From the NCBI RefSeq assembly GCF_030684315.1, contig NC_081396.1, positions 9,105,628 to 9,169,627 of the forward strand: a stretch of DNA of 64,000 bases, written 5' to 3'. This DNA is from Stegostoma tigrinum (taxonomy: Eukaryota). The notes beneath the pieces are model-generated. The model was given only the letters and a program-made list of their open reading frames with translations. It did not search any database and was not told where the DNA came from. Numbering within the stretch: the stretch's first letter is position 1; the number at the start of each line of letters is the position of its first letter. Below, piece by piece: positions 51,001-64,000 of the stretch. The translations under genes and the position numbers were made by a program.

Positions 51001-51470
51001 CTTATAAAAGTGATATCCAGGAATGCTAAGATGGCAGGCCTGTTCCTCCTTTAACCATGTCTCTGTAACGGCAATAAAATCATACTTGTATTCATTAATC
51101 CATGCCCTTAGTTCACCTGATTTACTTGCTATACTTTTTGTTTGGAAGTAAGTGCATTCCAGTCCTCCAGTCCCTCTGAGCCCTGAAAATTCCCTGTGCC
51201 TGCTCTTATGTGCTGTGCATATCTCTGACAGGTTTTTTCCCTCAGTCCCTGCACTTACAGGCCTAGCATTCTGGTTCCCATACCCCTGCTACACTAATTT
51301 AAACGTTCCCGAAGAATTCTCGCAAACCTCCCGCGCAGAATATTGATCCCCCTCCAGCTCAGCTGCTACCCGTCCTTCCTGTACAGGTCCCACCTTCCTC
51401 TGAAAACATTCCAATGATCCATATATGTGAAGCCTTCCCTCCTCCACCAGTCCGTCCGAGATATTCAGAC
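48060..51470 (-). mobile_element. Long decayed CR1 (end of ORF1, ORF2, 3' UTR) in the intron of GPCR gene 2, with a younger CR1 3' end nested at ~48570-48817
   Basis: ORF1 esterase-like end near 51290-51470; DDFNCPFLDW..SDHN; RSPGLD..NVVLLFKKG..NYRPVS; QVAKFIKKAHGML. Confidence 0.9.
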
Positions 51471-52719
51471 TGGCCACGGTGGCTGCAGTGTGTCTCCTAG
51501 AATTCCTATCAGTGACGTCTCTGCCATCTCCTGATTGCACAAGGATGAAAACACACAGACCCTTGCGTATGCACGAGAAATTAAAACGGCAGGCAGCTTG
51601 TTTGAGACCACGTATCCAAATAGAAAAATACAAATCTCTTATTGAAAGAAATAACTGTGTAATTTTAAATTAAATGCAACAGTCTGAATCTCCAGCAAAA
51701 TTAAGTTAATGAATGGAAAAAGAAACAAATCAAAGCTGCGTGCCATGAACAAAAACAGATTTCAAATCACTTCCACAACAGAATTAAAATTCTGGACATT
51801 TTCAGTTTAGTTTTGCAGGCTCTGACTGCTTTTCAGGATACATGCATATTAGAAATATTTCACACTAACAGATCCAACAATTTGCTGGGACAATACAGGC
51901 TTTAATATAAAATGGAAATATATAACTTGTAAGTCGAGGAAATATGGACTGAAAAGAAATACGTCCAAAACCAACATGACCTAATCACCTCAAATACTTT
52001 ATTTCATCCAGTGTGGATCTCCGTCCTTGATATTCCAGCACCATGTAATCGTCTAACATAGTATGTGGTCTCAAACAACCTGTCTGCCAGTTAAATTTCT
52101 CGTTTGTGTGCAAGGTCACTGTGTTTTCATCCTTGTGCATGCCCAAATCTTTAGTGAATCATCCCCATTGCACGGCAGTTGTCTTCGGAGCATTCTTTAC
52201 GACACCTACAAGTGATATAGATTTAAATGCCATTCTGCGATATTGTTAATTTACCAGGGGAATTGCCAGAGAGTTTATTAAAGTAGTTTGCAATCCCTGC
52301 ATTCCTGGCGCAATAATGACAATGAAGATTGGAATGGATTTTAATGCGTAGATGTTGTGGACTGTGAATCCAAAATGCCATATTCGGATCTCAGATCACA
52401 GGAAATGTTTGAAATAAGTAAATAGAAAAGCACGTCAAAGAACATTAACATTTTCAGGGCAATCAACAACTGAATCACAGTTTGGCCAGTGAACGCTGAC
52501 CTCTGAATTGTGTTCTGCTTTGCTGTCTCAAATAGGTGGCTGAATGAAGCTGAGCCTTTGACTGTATGAAAATGCATGGACTTCGCATGTATATGAGATA
52601 TTCCACGGCCAGACATTTTACTTGAGCCAGCACACATCAAGCCAGCGGTGGGCAGTAGGCTCAGAAGGAGCTTTTAAGTTGACTACAGGTTTGAGCAGAG
52701 AAACCAGGAGTGACAGTCT

Positions 52720-53260
52720 TAGAGTCATACAGTCAGAGAGATGTACAGCATGGAAACAGGCCTTTCAGTCCAACTCGTCCATGCCGGCCAGACATCCTAA
52801 ATTAATCGAGTCCCATTTGCCAGCACTTGGCTCCTATCTCTCGAAACTGTCCCGATACATAAACCCATTTAGATGCCTTTTAAATGTTATAATTATACCA
52901 ACCTCCACGACTTCCTCTGGCAGCTCATTCCATACATGCAACACACTGCTTGAAAAATATGCCCCTTCGGTTCCTTTTAAAGGCTTTCTCACCTTAAACC
53001 TATGCTGTCTAGTTTTGAACTGCCCCCTTTTCAGGGAAAAGGCCTTGGTTTCTCACTCTATCCATACCCGTAATGATTTTATATACCTCGAAAAGTTCAT
53101 CCCTCAGCCTCCGATGATCCAGGGAAAATAGTCCCAGTCTATTCAGTCTCTCCCGAAAACTCAAACTCTCTAAACCTGGAAACATCCTTGTAAATCTTTT
53201 CTGAACCATTTGAAGATTCACAACTTCCTTTTTTTAGCAGGGAGATCAGAATTGCATACA
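52720..53260 (-). mobile_element. CR1 3' fragment
   Basis: VQKRFTRMFPGLESLSFRERLNRLGLFSL. Confidence 0.9.
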
Positions 53261-53394
53261 TTTTGAGTCGAGTATTGAGAGAAATGCCAAACATATAGGG
53301 AAAGTGAGACATAAAGAGAATGGATGTGAAGAACAGTGGGAAAAAAGTAAATTTGTATGAATTAAAAAAGGTTGTCCCAACAAAGGGAGTAAGT

Positions 53395-53585
53395 AAAGAA
53401 ATTGCTGGAGAAACTCAACAGGCCTGGCGACATTTGTGGCAGGAAAGCAGAGTTACAGTTTTGAGTCAGCAGATTCTTGGTCAGAACTGAAGAAGGGAAG
53501 AACACGGAATTTAAAAATTGTATATTCGGATTTAGCAGCCTGCTGTGACCGCGGATGTGTGTTGAATTATGTCTGTTTTCACTTT
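53395..53585. mobile_element. Penelope-derived palindromic element, degraded
   Basis: aagaaattgctggagaaactcaacaggcctggcgac...gcagagtta family arm. Confidence 0.55.
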
Positions 53586-55627
53586 TTAATTCATAGGCCT
53601 GCTTCAATTCAAATCACAGCATATTTATTTCTGAATTCTGTACAGGAATCTAGTCATCAGTGGAAATCAACAATGTAGTTATTAATTATTCAATCGTAAG
53701 TGTTAAGAAAGTCAGAAACTGCGTCTGTAGTGACATAGATCTGCAATTCAATTGAGCCACTAAATTTATCACTTAATCCTTTAGCAAAAGAAATCATTCT
53801 GCAAAGAACTCACTTCTCAAACAAATGTCTGTCGATAGCCAATTCCCTTTTAGTCTCTAATGATGTTTTCAACTCTGAGTTACTCAAAGACTCACATCCA
53901 TTGTTCACACTTCATCTCACACTACCTGACGGTTCTTGAATATGGTGGCAGAACAGTTTCAGACGTGCTCTCCATAGTACTACAAATGATAACTATCAAT
54001 CTGTTAAAAATACAACAGAGTGAATAAGATCAAAATAAAAGGAATGAAGTGCAAGCCTTTCACAGCTCCTGGCATCTATCCCACCATTCAATGGGACGAT
54101 TGTTAATCTTTGGTCGATATCCATGTACCAGCTTTTGACCCATATCCCTTAATACCTTTGTTCAACAAATAAAAATCTGTCTCAGGTTTCAAATTAAGAA
54201 ATAATCCAGCATGTGCTGCCGTTTGTGGGAAATGTACCAGACTACTTTCAGCTTCTGACCACTTCTTCTGTAGGCCCTAATTTTCAGACTATCCCCCCTA
54301 GTTCTGGAATCCTCGATCAGTGGAAGCCATGAATCTTTATCGACACTGCATTTTCTGCCAAGGTTTTATTGACTTTCAGTTTGATCACCTCTAACACTTG
54401 GCTTCAGTTCATCGAAATGCCTCAATTCATGAACGTCCGCAGATTGTTGAGCAAAAACAAAATCAAACGACAGCACAAAAGTGCAATTTATGCACAGAAG
54501 TAAGACATTTGAACCCTTTTATTTCAAGAAGTACATGACTGACTTGTTTGTGCTTCGAATTCCCATCTGTATTCTTCGAATGTATTTTTTGACGAGAATC
54601 TGAGGAATTAGTGCTTCAGTCTTTCTATATCAAAAGATTTTTCACAGAATCATTTGAGATTAAAGTATTATGGAGCAAAAGAGATTACCGGTCACATCGA
54701 ATTAGTGTCAGCAGAACTCAAACTTTCCTTCCAAAAAATGTTTAAATTTAAATAAAATCCAAACACTTCAAACATGAAAACGTTTTGTATCTTTTCATTC
54801 TTTCAGACAGGATGTTTCAAATTGCTATCATTCTCGAGTTGATTTTGTTTTTTTTCCCTTTCTTCTCAACTCCAATCGGAAACCTAATTCAAATACCTTA
54901 TCAATATGCATTATCATCTCCGTTAAGGAAATATATCATTCCTATCTATTACATCTTAACTTGTCATGATTATGTACCTCTAAATTAAATCTTAAGTCAA
55001 TACTGTGATTCAACACTTCCGTAAATTCAAAGCTACCGTGTAGATTTGTATGAAAACACACATTTACACAATTATACAAATCATACATTTATACTTGCTC
55101 TAATTTTAAATTTCTGTTTCCGCTAGTCTATGCTACAAGGAGAGACAATATGTTCGCCCATGCCTGTTGTATCAAATTCTTTATACACTGAAAGATAAAT
55201 TAATTGAATTGGGTCCTTAACTAAGCTTCTTTCCTTTAGGAATCTAAAGCTCTTTTTTCCTCCTCAATACACACCCATACCGTAACCATTGAAAGACTAA
55301 TTAATTTACTCACATTGAATGAAACATAATCAAAAAATCACAAGTACTTTCCTAATTTCCACAGCTAAAAGTCAAATGTAACATTGAGTTGCGCTACAAG
55401 CAGAGTTTTCGTTTGCATCCCTTGCATAATTTCAAACTCTACATCACAGGAATAAGACATAAAAATCTGGATGACCTTAGCATGTCTGGTAACGCTTGTG
55501 GAGAGAGAAGCTGAGTTAATATTTTGAACGTAATATGCCTCCTCTCGGAAGTTTGTGCTTTAAATTGCTTTTTCAGACAGGATCCGGCACCTAATTATAT
55601 CATGAATCATTTATTCCATCACCATAC

Positions 55628-55697
55628 CTGGGACAGCGATAGCTGCAAGTGTAGTGTAGTAAATGGCATACGCAGGACCTCTTGGTGGGGCATGCAT
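55628..55697 (-). CDS. GPR139-like gene 2, exon 1 (MHAPPRGPAYAIYYTTLAAIAVP, phase-1 intron)
   Basis: 70 nt from ATG to CCAG|gtatgg; homologous to gene 1 exon 1; splices in frame to give VP-V-NL. Confidence 0.9.
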
Positions 55698-57419
55698 TTT
55701 CTTAAGAGATGTCACGACATCCGTTTATGGTTTCTGATGTGTTCTGTTCCATTTACCGAGGAATCCTATTATACCTGAGGCGAATGCACCAGAGACACAT
55801 TATGATAACAGCGTTATTGATATTAAAGACAGTCATTCGCGAATAACAAGACAAAAAAAAAGTTTATTTTCACGACCATCCCATTTACTTATGTTCATAC
55901 ATAGCTAGATTCGATTAGATCAATGTGAATGTTGGTTCCGACTGTTGAACAAATTGAATTGCTCCCATAATCATTAAAGTGATGTTGGTAACAGTCAAGA
56001 TTACTGACTTCCCTTTCCTTTTAGCTTTCATGAAATAGAAGGGAGAAAAGGGGGTTTAAAGGGTTTTTAACGTTTTCTGTACTCAAGGGTTGGACAGGTC
56101 CTTATCCTCCCTTTTTGCACATATGTGACGACAACTGCCCAAGAAAAGTTTTCACTTATCCCCTCTCTGAAAAGACCCAGCAACTCAGTAAGCCTTCTCT
56201 AGCAGGAAGTGACGAATGAAACCGACAAGTGAAAGAAGTCAGATAAACTGCAACCTGAAAGTTAACCAGACCATGCACTTGACGACCGATGCCAAGGTCT
56301 GGAAACTTGTCCTACAGTTTCGTTCAGCAGCAACCTTATGTAACATGCTTTTAGAATGGTACCTAGCAGTTAACGCTGCAGCAGACTCCATTACAAATAC
56401 CTCACATGTTAGATTTGATTCAACAGGCGTCTAGAACACAAGTGAAGAGGCAGTGTTTTGAATTGATGTGTGTTCATTGGTAGAGTATGGATCTGGTCTC
56501 CTTTAACTATGATGTACACCGTAAAATTGCATGGATTAGAGACCAAACATGGCAAGGAGAATATTAGTTAACGCATTGCCAGCTGCTGATGACATCAAAG
56601 GATCAGTATATAATCCGTATGTAAAATTTCGCTGTCCAATTGAACACCATTGTTGAGTCCTGGATTACAAAGCGGCCAGTCTGAACTTGTGCAAGTTCAC
56701 AAAGGGAAAACTGACTTGTCCACCTGCTCAACAAGTTGCTTGTCACGACTGTATGTCTCCACAATGGCATCAAGAGGAAAGAGTAAGACACAGTTCTTGC
56801 GGAGTTTAATGCCCGCTTTCACAGAGAAGTGTTAACTATTACATCATGAAAAAGTAGCATTGCACAATGGAGAGAACAGAAGAAATGGAGGTCTAGCGAT
56901 TAGAACTGTGCAAGCATGAGGAATGCAGCAGTACTGTCTTCCTGTCGAAACTTTCACCGTTATTCTTCAACAGTTCACTTATTTTATCACCTGCAATCAG
57001 TTCAAAACCCTTGCTTCAATGAGTACTGCAGAAAAGCATGCTAAAAATATATTGAAAGTTTAAAGCTACTATAACAGAGGACCAGGGTGAGATTATTGTA
57101 GGATTGAATCATATTAGCGTTTATCTCTATCGTAACACACTCTTTTGCATATTCAACAACAAGACATCCTGAGTAAAACCGTCAGACCCAGTTTTGAAAG
57201 CAAAACTGATCACCAGTACAAGTTTTTCAGTTAAAGTTCAATGTTAATATCGCCATTTGAATCAATAAATCACTGAACAACAGAATAATTACTGGGAAGG
57301 GCCACCGTGTTTCAGCTGGGTCTCTAAGCAGAACACTTCAAGGCAAATATTCATTCAATTCCCGCCTTGTATTCCTCATTTTCCTTCTGTGTGTTTCTTT
57401 TCAGCCCACTGTCAGTATT

Positions 57420-58090
57420 GGTGATTTGATTTCATTTGATTTCTTATTGTCAGGTGCAGCTCAGTAAATGAAAAGCTTTGTTTTGTGTGCAGTACAGGCA
57501 GGTCATAACATACAAGGTTCACAGGATGATTGAACAAAGTGAGGTATGCAAAGTTAAGGCTGATAAATAGGTGCACCAGAAGCAGGATCATCATTAGATT
57601 TGCAATTTGAGAGGTGAATTCATAAGTCTAATTACAGCTGGGGAAGAAGTTGTTCTTGAAGCTGTTGGTACTTATGTTTCAGCTTCGCATTGCCTGGCTG
57701 TCAGAAGAGGGTGGAAGAGGGTATAACTGGAATGGGAGGAGCCTTTGATGATGTTGACTTCTTTTGAATGACACCGTGAAGTGCAGATGGAGTATATAGA
57801 TGGAAGGCTGGCTTGTGCGATGATTTGGACAATGTTCACAACTTTCTGTAGTTTCTTCCTGTCCTGGGCAGAACAGTTGCCAAGCAAAGCTGTGTTGCAT
57901 CCAGGCAGAAAGCTTTGAATGGTTCATTTGCAAACGTTGGTGAGAGTCCTTATGGAAGTGCAGAATTTCTTCAGCCTGCTGAGGAAGAAGAAGTGTTGTG
58001 GTGCCTGATTGACCATCTCATCTACGTTGCTGGTCCAAGGTCGACGTAACCAAGAAAGATGCTCTGGACCATCTCCACCTCAGCTCGATT
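57420..58090 (-). mobile_element. Rex1/Babar-type LINE 3' fragment (paralog of 29640-30400)
   Basis: GNCSAQDRKKLQKVVN..LPSIYSI..IIK..SH.SYTLFHPL. Confidence 0.8.
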
Positions 58091-61000
58091 GATGTAGATA
58101 TTGGCTTCTGTCACTGTGTGTTAATGCAGTTCAGCTTCACATTCTTGTATTTCAGTCATTTTCAATTGTCCCGAGACATAATCTATTTCGAATAAAACCA
58201 GTTTCTCAATGTCCAAAGACTACCAAACTGATTTCAATTCGTAATGAATTCCCGTTCTTTGTGACTGTACTTGGAGCAGAAACAGAAACTTCTCAACCAG
58301 CTGGAAGTCACACTGGGACATCATGGTGTTACCCTCTAGCTCTAAAGAAAATCAAATAATTTGGCTGTATACAAACAAAGTTTGCTGACTGATGCTACTT
58401 CTGAACAGTGGACCAACTGTGTCTCACTTGTGCTGCAGGCTATCACTTCCTGTCCCTTCTGTTCTCTTCCCACGATGAGCCATGACTTAAAAAAAATAAA
58501 ATATGTGGAATACTCGGTACAAATGCCTGGAGAGACACGAACGGCAAATGCTTTAGCTTGATGATACGTGTTATCCACATGAGATACCATAGGCGATGAC
58601 AGAATTCGATCGGGCAAATCATGAGAAATGGTTTAGATTTGATCCAGGTGGGCAAAATAATCTGGGGAGACTTTTGGAGGAAGCGCTCCTGATACAAATG
58701 GGCAATCGAGCTTAAATTATGTCCTGTAAAGTTGTCTGAATGTAGGCTGTGAAGTAAATTCAGCACACACAAAAAGTGACAGACCATTTTTGAGATGAGA
58801 GTTTGAAGAATGACACAAACAACCCAGGTCAAAGAGGTGATGGTACTGTGTTCCGATAACCATCACTGGACCCACAACATTAACTCCGACATTTTATTCA
58901 GAGTTGCTACCGGACCTGCTGAGCTTTTCCAGCACTTCTCTTTTTTTTCCTGATTTACAGCACCCGCCGTTCTTTCGGTTTTCATTGAGGATACAGAGTT
59001 AATGCTCTTTCATAAAATTTAAGAAAATACTTGTAGGGAGTTTTTCAGGTCCATGAGATTATGTTTTGGGTAGGTTTCATGCACTGGAACCTGCTATCTA
59101 TACCCTTCTATCGCCATGTTTCAGAATGCTCTATAAATCGAACTGTAACTGTCAGAAGTGTAAAGAGGGTTCGGTCATCAGTAATATTAAAAACAAACTC
59201 AGCAGAATGGAAAGAAGGAAACTCCAAGGAGGAAACTGGGATGTAAAAAAATTGAGAAACGCATACCAGTACACTGGGACTTAGTATCTGAAAAGGATAT
59301 TGTTTGAAATGAAGTTGAACGGTTTTTGTTGATTTTATTAATAGCTTTATTAAGTGTCATATTGAAAACTTATATTGGTGCCTTTTGTGTCTTGAATTCC
59401 CTCCAACTTGAAGAGTTTCTTATCAGCAGTTCAACCTCGACGACTCCTGATATTGAACACTTCTATTTTAATTTCTCTCAAGCTTTTCTTCCTTCAGTAT
59501 GACAGCCCCAGAATCTTCAAAATTTCTTTGTAACCCAAGTCAATCATTACTGAGATAATTTTGGTACACCGTTTCTGCACACGACCCAATGCTTTCAAAT
59601 TCATTTGAAATGGTGCTACAGGAAGTTTAAACGTCCAGGAAATCTTACATTACTGTTATAGTCCAAACAAACACCTATATTTAAACTTCTGGATCTGTAA
59701 TTTTGACCTGACACCATCATGTGTTTTTATACACATCGGTTCACTTGGTTTCACTGTCTTGTCAGTGTTATTGGGAATTCAGCTCCCCGCTGCATCAACC
59801 CGCTGCATTCAAAATGTTCCCTTCTGCATACTCGTCTTTCTAATTCTAGTTGCACAACAGTGCTATTCAAGACAAGCAAGGATTGAACTGTTAGAGACAC
59901 ATGAACAGACAAGATGTCGGATTCTGGCAGGAGTGATAAAGAAATGTGCTCAGCAACCAAGCGAGAGGCTGAGCTGGCAATGTTCGTCAATTATGGGCTG
60001 TTGGTGAAAACGTCTAACGAATGAACATGCGATGCTTACATCTCAGCCCAGCCTTCCTTTCCAAGACCAGTTGTGTTTTGGCCAGCAACACAGAACAGGT
60101 TCTGGGCTTATTTCACGAAGGCATATATGAATGGCTGTTTGAAATGGTTCAGTCACAGAACGAAGTTTACCACAATCCTTGCCGTACTGAGAATAGCACA
60201 CTCCACAAGACATCTTTATATGACTGGGTAAATGTGTGCAGTATATGGAGGGCATGAATTCAATTTCGACCGACAGCAGTTTTTATTGATGTGGGTCACC
60301 GACTGTTGGAGCACCAGCTGTATTACAAGCTCACAATCTTGAAAAATAACGACCTTAATTTGATGAGATCAATTTATTTGGACAGATGAGTGATCCGTCC
60401 AGAGGGAATGTCACAAGGATCCTGCACTCATTAAATTCTAATTTTGCAAGTAGAGCAACTGCTCCATTATTTTCAAGAAAGGCAGTTGGGAACCGATTCA
60501 TTTCTGATGAAAATGAGAGGAGATCTCCTGTCCTTTGAGTACAAGGCAGATGACAAAGGGATCTCGAGGTGCGGGTACAAATAAGTGGAAACATACTTGT
60601 CACAAGAAACAAAGTGATGCACTGGGGTTAGTTCTAATTGGATTGACTTGAAAAGCTGTTCAATAGCATTACTCGTACACTGGACTGTATTAGAATACAT
60701 TGCTACTGTTTGGGTTTCCATATTGACACTCATGTTTTACTTTTGTGATCAGGGATTCACGTTTATATCTTGCAGAAATCGGTATGTAATAGTTAAACAC
60801 TTTCAGCCATTTTGTGTTAGCTAAAAAAATCAAATTCCACAGTGGCCATCTTTTCAACTTGGTCATGGGTTGCTACGACAGCAAGCAAAATGGAAACTTT
60901 TGGAAAAACTCAGTTGGACTGGCAATATCTGTGGAGAGAAAGGAACGCTGTTGTTTTGGGTCGACTGAACTTTCCTCAGTCCTCTTTCCTCGACCTTGAG

Positions 61001-62104
61001 TTCTGAGGAAGAGTCACTCTACCAAAAACATTAACTCTGCTTTGTCTCCATCTGTTGCTGTCCGATCTGCAACAATTTTTTTTTGTTTCAATATTGGGGA
61101 GATACATCGGATTGTGGAAAAACTGGAAGTGATAGTGTTAACATCAGATAGCCTAAGAGGTATGACAGCAGGTTTCTTCTTCTCATAACCAGCTTCACAA
61201 GCCGTTTTGAACTAAATAGCCTGATTCTGTTGTTACGTCTGATATTATTCGAGGTAATGCGCCCGATGACCCCGAGTCGAAGCACATGAGGTAGGAGAAT
61301 GCACCTTTCGATTGCAGGATATTTATCTAAATTTCCTTCTGAAACATCTCCACTTCTTATGGTCTATTATTCCATTCGCACTATTGTTTTGGTGATGTGG
61401 GTGTAAGCCTTCTGAAACAAAGAGGATTTCTGGTGTCCAGTGCATTGAGCCCAATGAAGTACTGCAGTTACTGTCCACATGGAAATTAGTAAAACGACAT
61501 TTTGACTTTCACGACTCAGTATCTGTGAATTCGGACTTGAGAATAGTTCGATTCTCACTGATTAGAGATGAAAGATGAACACCCACACATTTGCCGACAG
61601 TTCCACTCAATTTTGTCCAATTTTTGATCGATTAGTTTGAGCTAAAACTTTTGCCTTCCTCCAATGCTTGTTGTCTTTTCTCTAACTTCCGGCCCACTCC
61701 AATGCAACCAAATGCATAGAAGATAAACATTTCTCTGTTTCTTATCTAAATTGTTGATAAATTTCATGACAAAATATATCCACTCGAGTTTCAGGAACGT
61801 CTTCTTCCCTGCCGTTATTAAACTGATGAATGGACCCTCTAAATTCAATTAAGGCTAACCTTGTCGAGTGCACGGACTGTGTGGTGCAAAATGCATGCCT
61901 TACTTTTTCCAAGTTTTCTTCACCCTATGATCTGTATGTGCGTGTTTCCTTTAGTCTGCCAGTACTGCTCACAAACAAAGCTTTTAAAAATGTTTAGGTA
62001 CAGGCAGCATTATGTGGAATCACTTCAATTCAGGACAGCACAGTTTAAGGGAAATTTAACGTGTTTGTTGCTCTCCATTAATGCATTTTTAACAGTTACA
62101 TAAT

Positions 62105-63110
62105 CATAGTCATACAGTCATCGCCGTAGACTTATCGAATACGGAAACAGGCTCTTTCTCCAAGCAATTCGTGCAGGCGATAATCCCAAACTGAACTAGT
62201 CCAAGCTGCCCTCGCTTTGCCCGTATCCTTCAAGAAATTCTTATTCGGGTACTTAGCTAAATGTCTCATTAAAGCTGTTAGTACACTGCATCCACCACTT
62301 CCTCTGAAGTTCATTCCAAGCACAAACCACTCTCTGTGTTACTAGAAAGCCCCTCATTTCTTTTCGAAATCTTTCTCCTCTCATCCTTAAAAATACATCC
62401 CCCCGCCTTGAATTCCCCTCCCTGGGGAAAAGACCCCCACCATTAACCTTACATATACATCTCGTGACATCATAAACCTTTCTAAGTTCACCCCTCAGCT
62501 TCCTACGCTCCAATGAAAAAAGTCCTCGTCTATACAGCCTTTCCTTAAAACTCAGATCCTCCATTCTCGGCAACAGCCTGGCAAATCTCTTCAGAACCTG
62601 TCCAGCCGAATGATATCATCTCTGTAACCTGACCAGAACTGGACAAAGTACTCCAGAAGTGTCCTCACCAGCGTCCTGTACAAACTGAACATCATGCCCT
62701 CAGGGTTTCACTCAAACGTCTGAGCAACAAAGGCAAGCATACTAAATGCCTTCTTAGCCGCCCTATCTAAATGTGAAGCAAAGTTGACAGAATTGTGAAT
62801 CTGAACCCCGAGGTCTTTCTATTCTGCAGACTATCCAAAGCCCTATTTTTGATGTTGAAATGGAGATCCTGGTTTTGGACTGGTTTGGACAATTGCAGAA
62901 GTCACATGACACCAGGTTATAGTCCAACACGTCGATTTGAGTTCACGTGACGAAGGAGCAGCACCTTGAAAGCTTGTGATTTCAAATAAACCTGCTGGAC
63001 TATAACTTGGCGTCGCATGACTTCTGACTACTTTTAATCATGTAAGTTTTGCCTTTCTTTTATGAAACTGAGAGAGCCTCTTATTTATCTGAATTAAACT
63101 CGATCTTCCA
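62105..63110 (-). mobile_element. CR1 3' fragment (paralog of 34385-35370)
   Basis: LSFKERLYRRGLFSLERRKLRGEL...VTQRVVCAWNEL. Confidence 0.85.
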
Positions 63111-64000
63111 CTCTTCACAAAGTTGATGGGCATGGTAAAAACTAATATCCATCAGCTATGTAATGCCACCTTGCATGTTACCACCCTTTACAAAGCAGAC
63201 TGATATCTCAGGGTAAGGTTACTGCCTAACATATCAGGAAATCAGCAGAGCAGAGAACTGCTTGTCGATTCCTTGACACATGGAAAATCTACATCACAGT
63301 TCTGATGAGTCATTTTCAGCACTTTAAAAAATGGGGAAAACACCAACGTTGAAAAAACTAATAAGTTCAGAGGCTACTAATAGCGGATCGACAGGAAAAG
63401 CTTAACTCCTTCTCAGGCCTAAGCAATATCCAGAACCTAGCAACATCGCTGTTAAAATGTTGTCAGACCACTGACAGGACTGAAGGCATTCCGACTGCTT
63501 GGCTTAAAACATTTTCAGACTGTTGTCTAGAAAACATCATTGTGTCGGCATAGGAATAATAATTTTCCATATGTCTCGAAAATGATAAGAACTGATTGCA
63601 TTGATACATTTCTTTAAATATTTATCTTAAAACATTACTTCTCATTATCACAGAGTTGTGGACAGTGTGGGATTGGATTCTGTCTATGCTAGTCAACGTA
63701 ACCATTGCCTGGGATGCTTTTCCAGTCTGTCAACATGGACATTCCACTTGTAAAGAAATCCCCAAATATTCTTTTAACGACTGAATTAAGAGTGCAGTAT
63801 TCTTTGTTCAGGATAGACTAGGCAGAATTCGCCCTTTATTTGATAACATGTATTGTCTCCTTAATTTTCTGTATGATCGAAAGTAAATCTTGCACACTAT
63901 CAACGGATAGATTACCTATATCTGTAGTGAAGTTATTTTGGAGCTGAACTGTCTATCTATCATGTTAACAAATTGATTCACACCAAACTGAAGAGAGACA

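Larger units (their letters stand above)
57375..64000. repeat. Segmental duplication copy 2 (runs off the window end)
   Basis: Colinear with 29590-36078 in the same orientation, offset ~27.8 kb. Confidence 0.95.

Overview
Eukaryotic, repeat-rich vertebrate DNA. The V-SINE/HE1-type SINEs, CR1 LINEs, Penelope-like elements and GPCR subtype all point to a cartilaginous fish (shark); this is inferred from repeat and gene content. Two intact two-exon class A GPCR genes of the GPR139/GPR142-like type lie on the minus strand: join 21422-21353,19696-18789 (325 aa) and join 55697-55628,47288-46384 (324 aa), about 57% identical by hand count. Between them, in the same orientation, is a T-cell receptor alpha/delta-type V pseudogene with a leader, a V exon carrying an in-frame stop, and a 23-bp-spacer RSS. 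The region grew by local segmental duplication: 29.6-36.1 kb matches 57.4-64 kb, and a block is triplicated at about 5, 25 and 28 kb. Most of the rest is decayed CR1/Rex1/L2 LINEs, SINEs and Penelope-derived palindromes with hammerhead-ribozyme-like cores. The most interesting signal is a diversifying GPR139-like receptor array interleaved with TCR V segment DNA. Repeat boundaries are approximate (read by eye).
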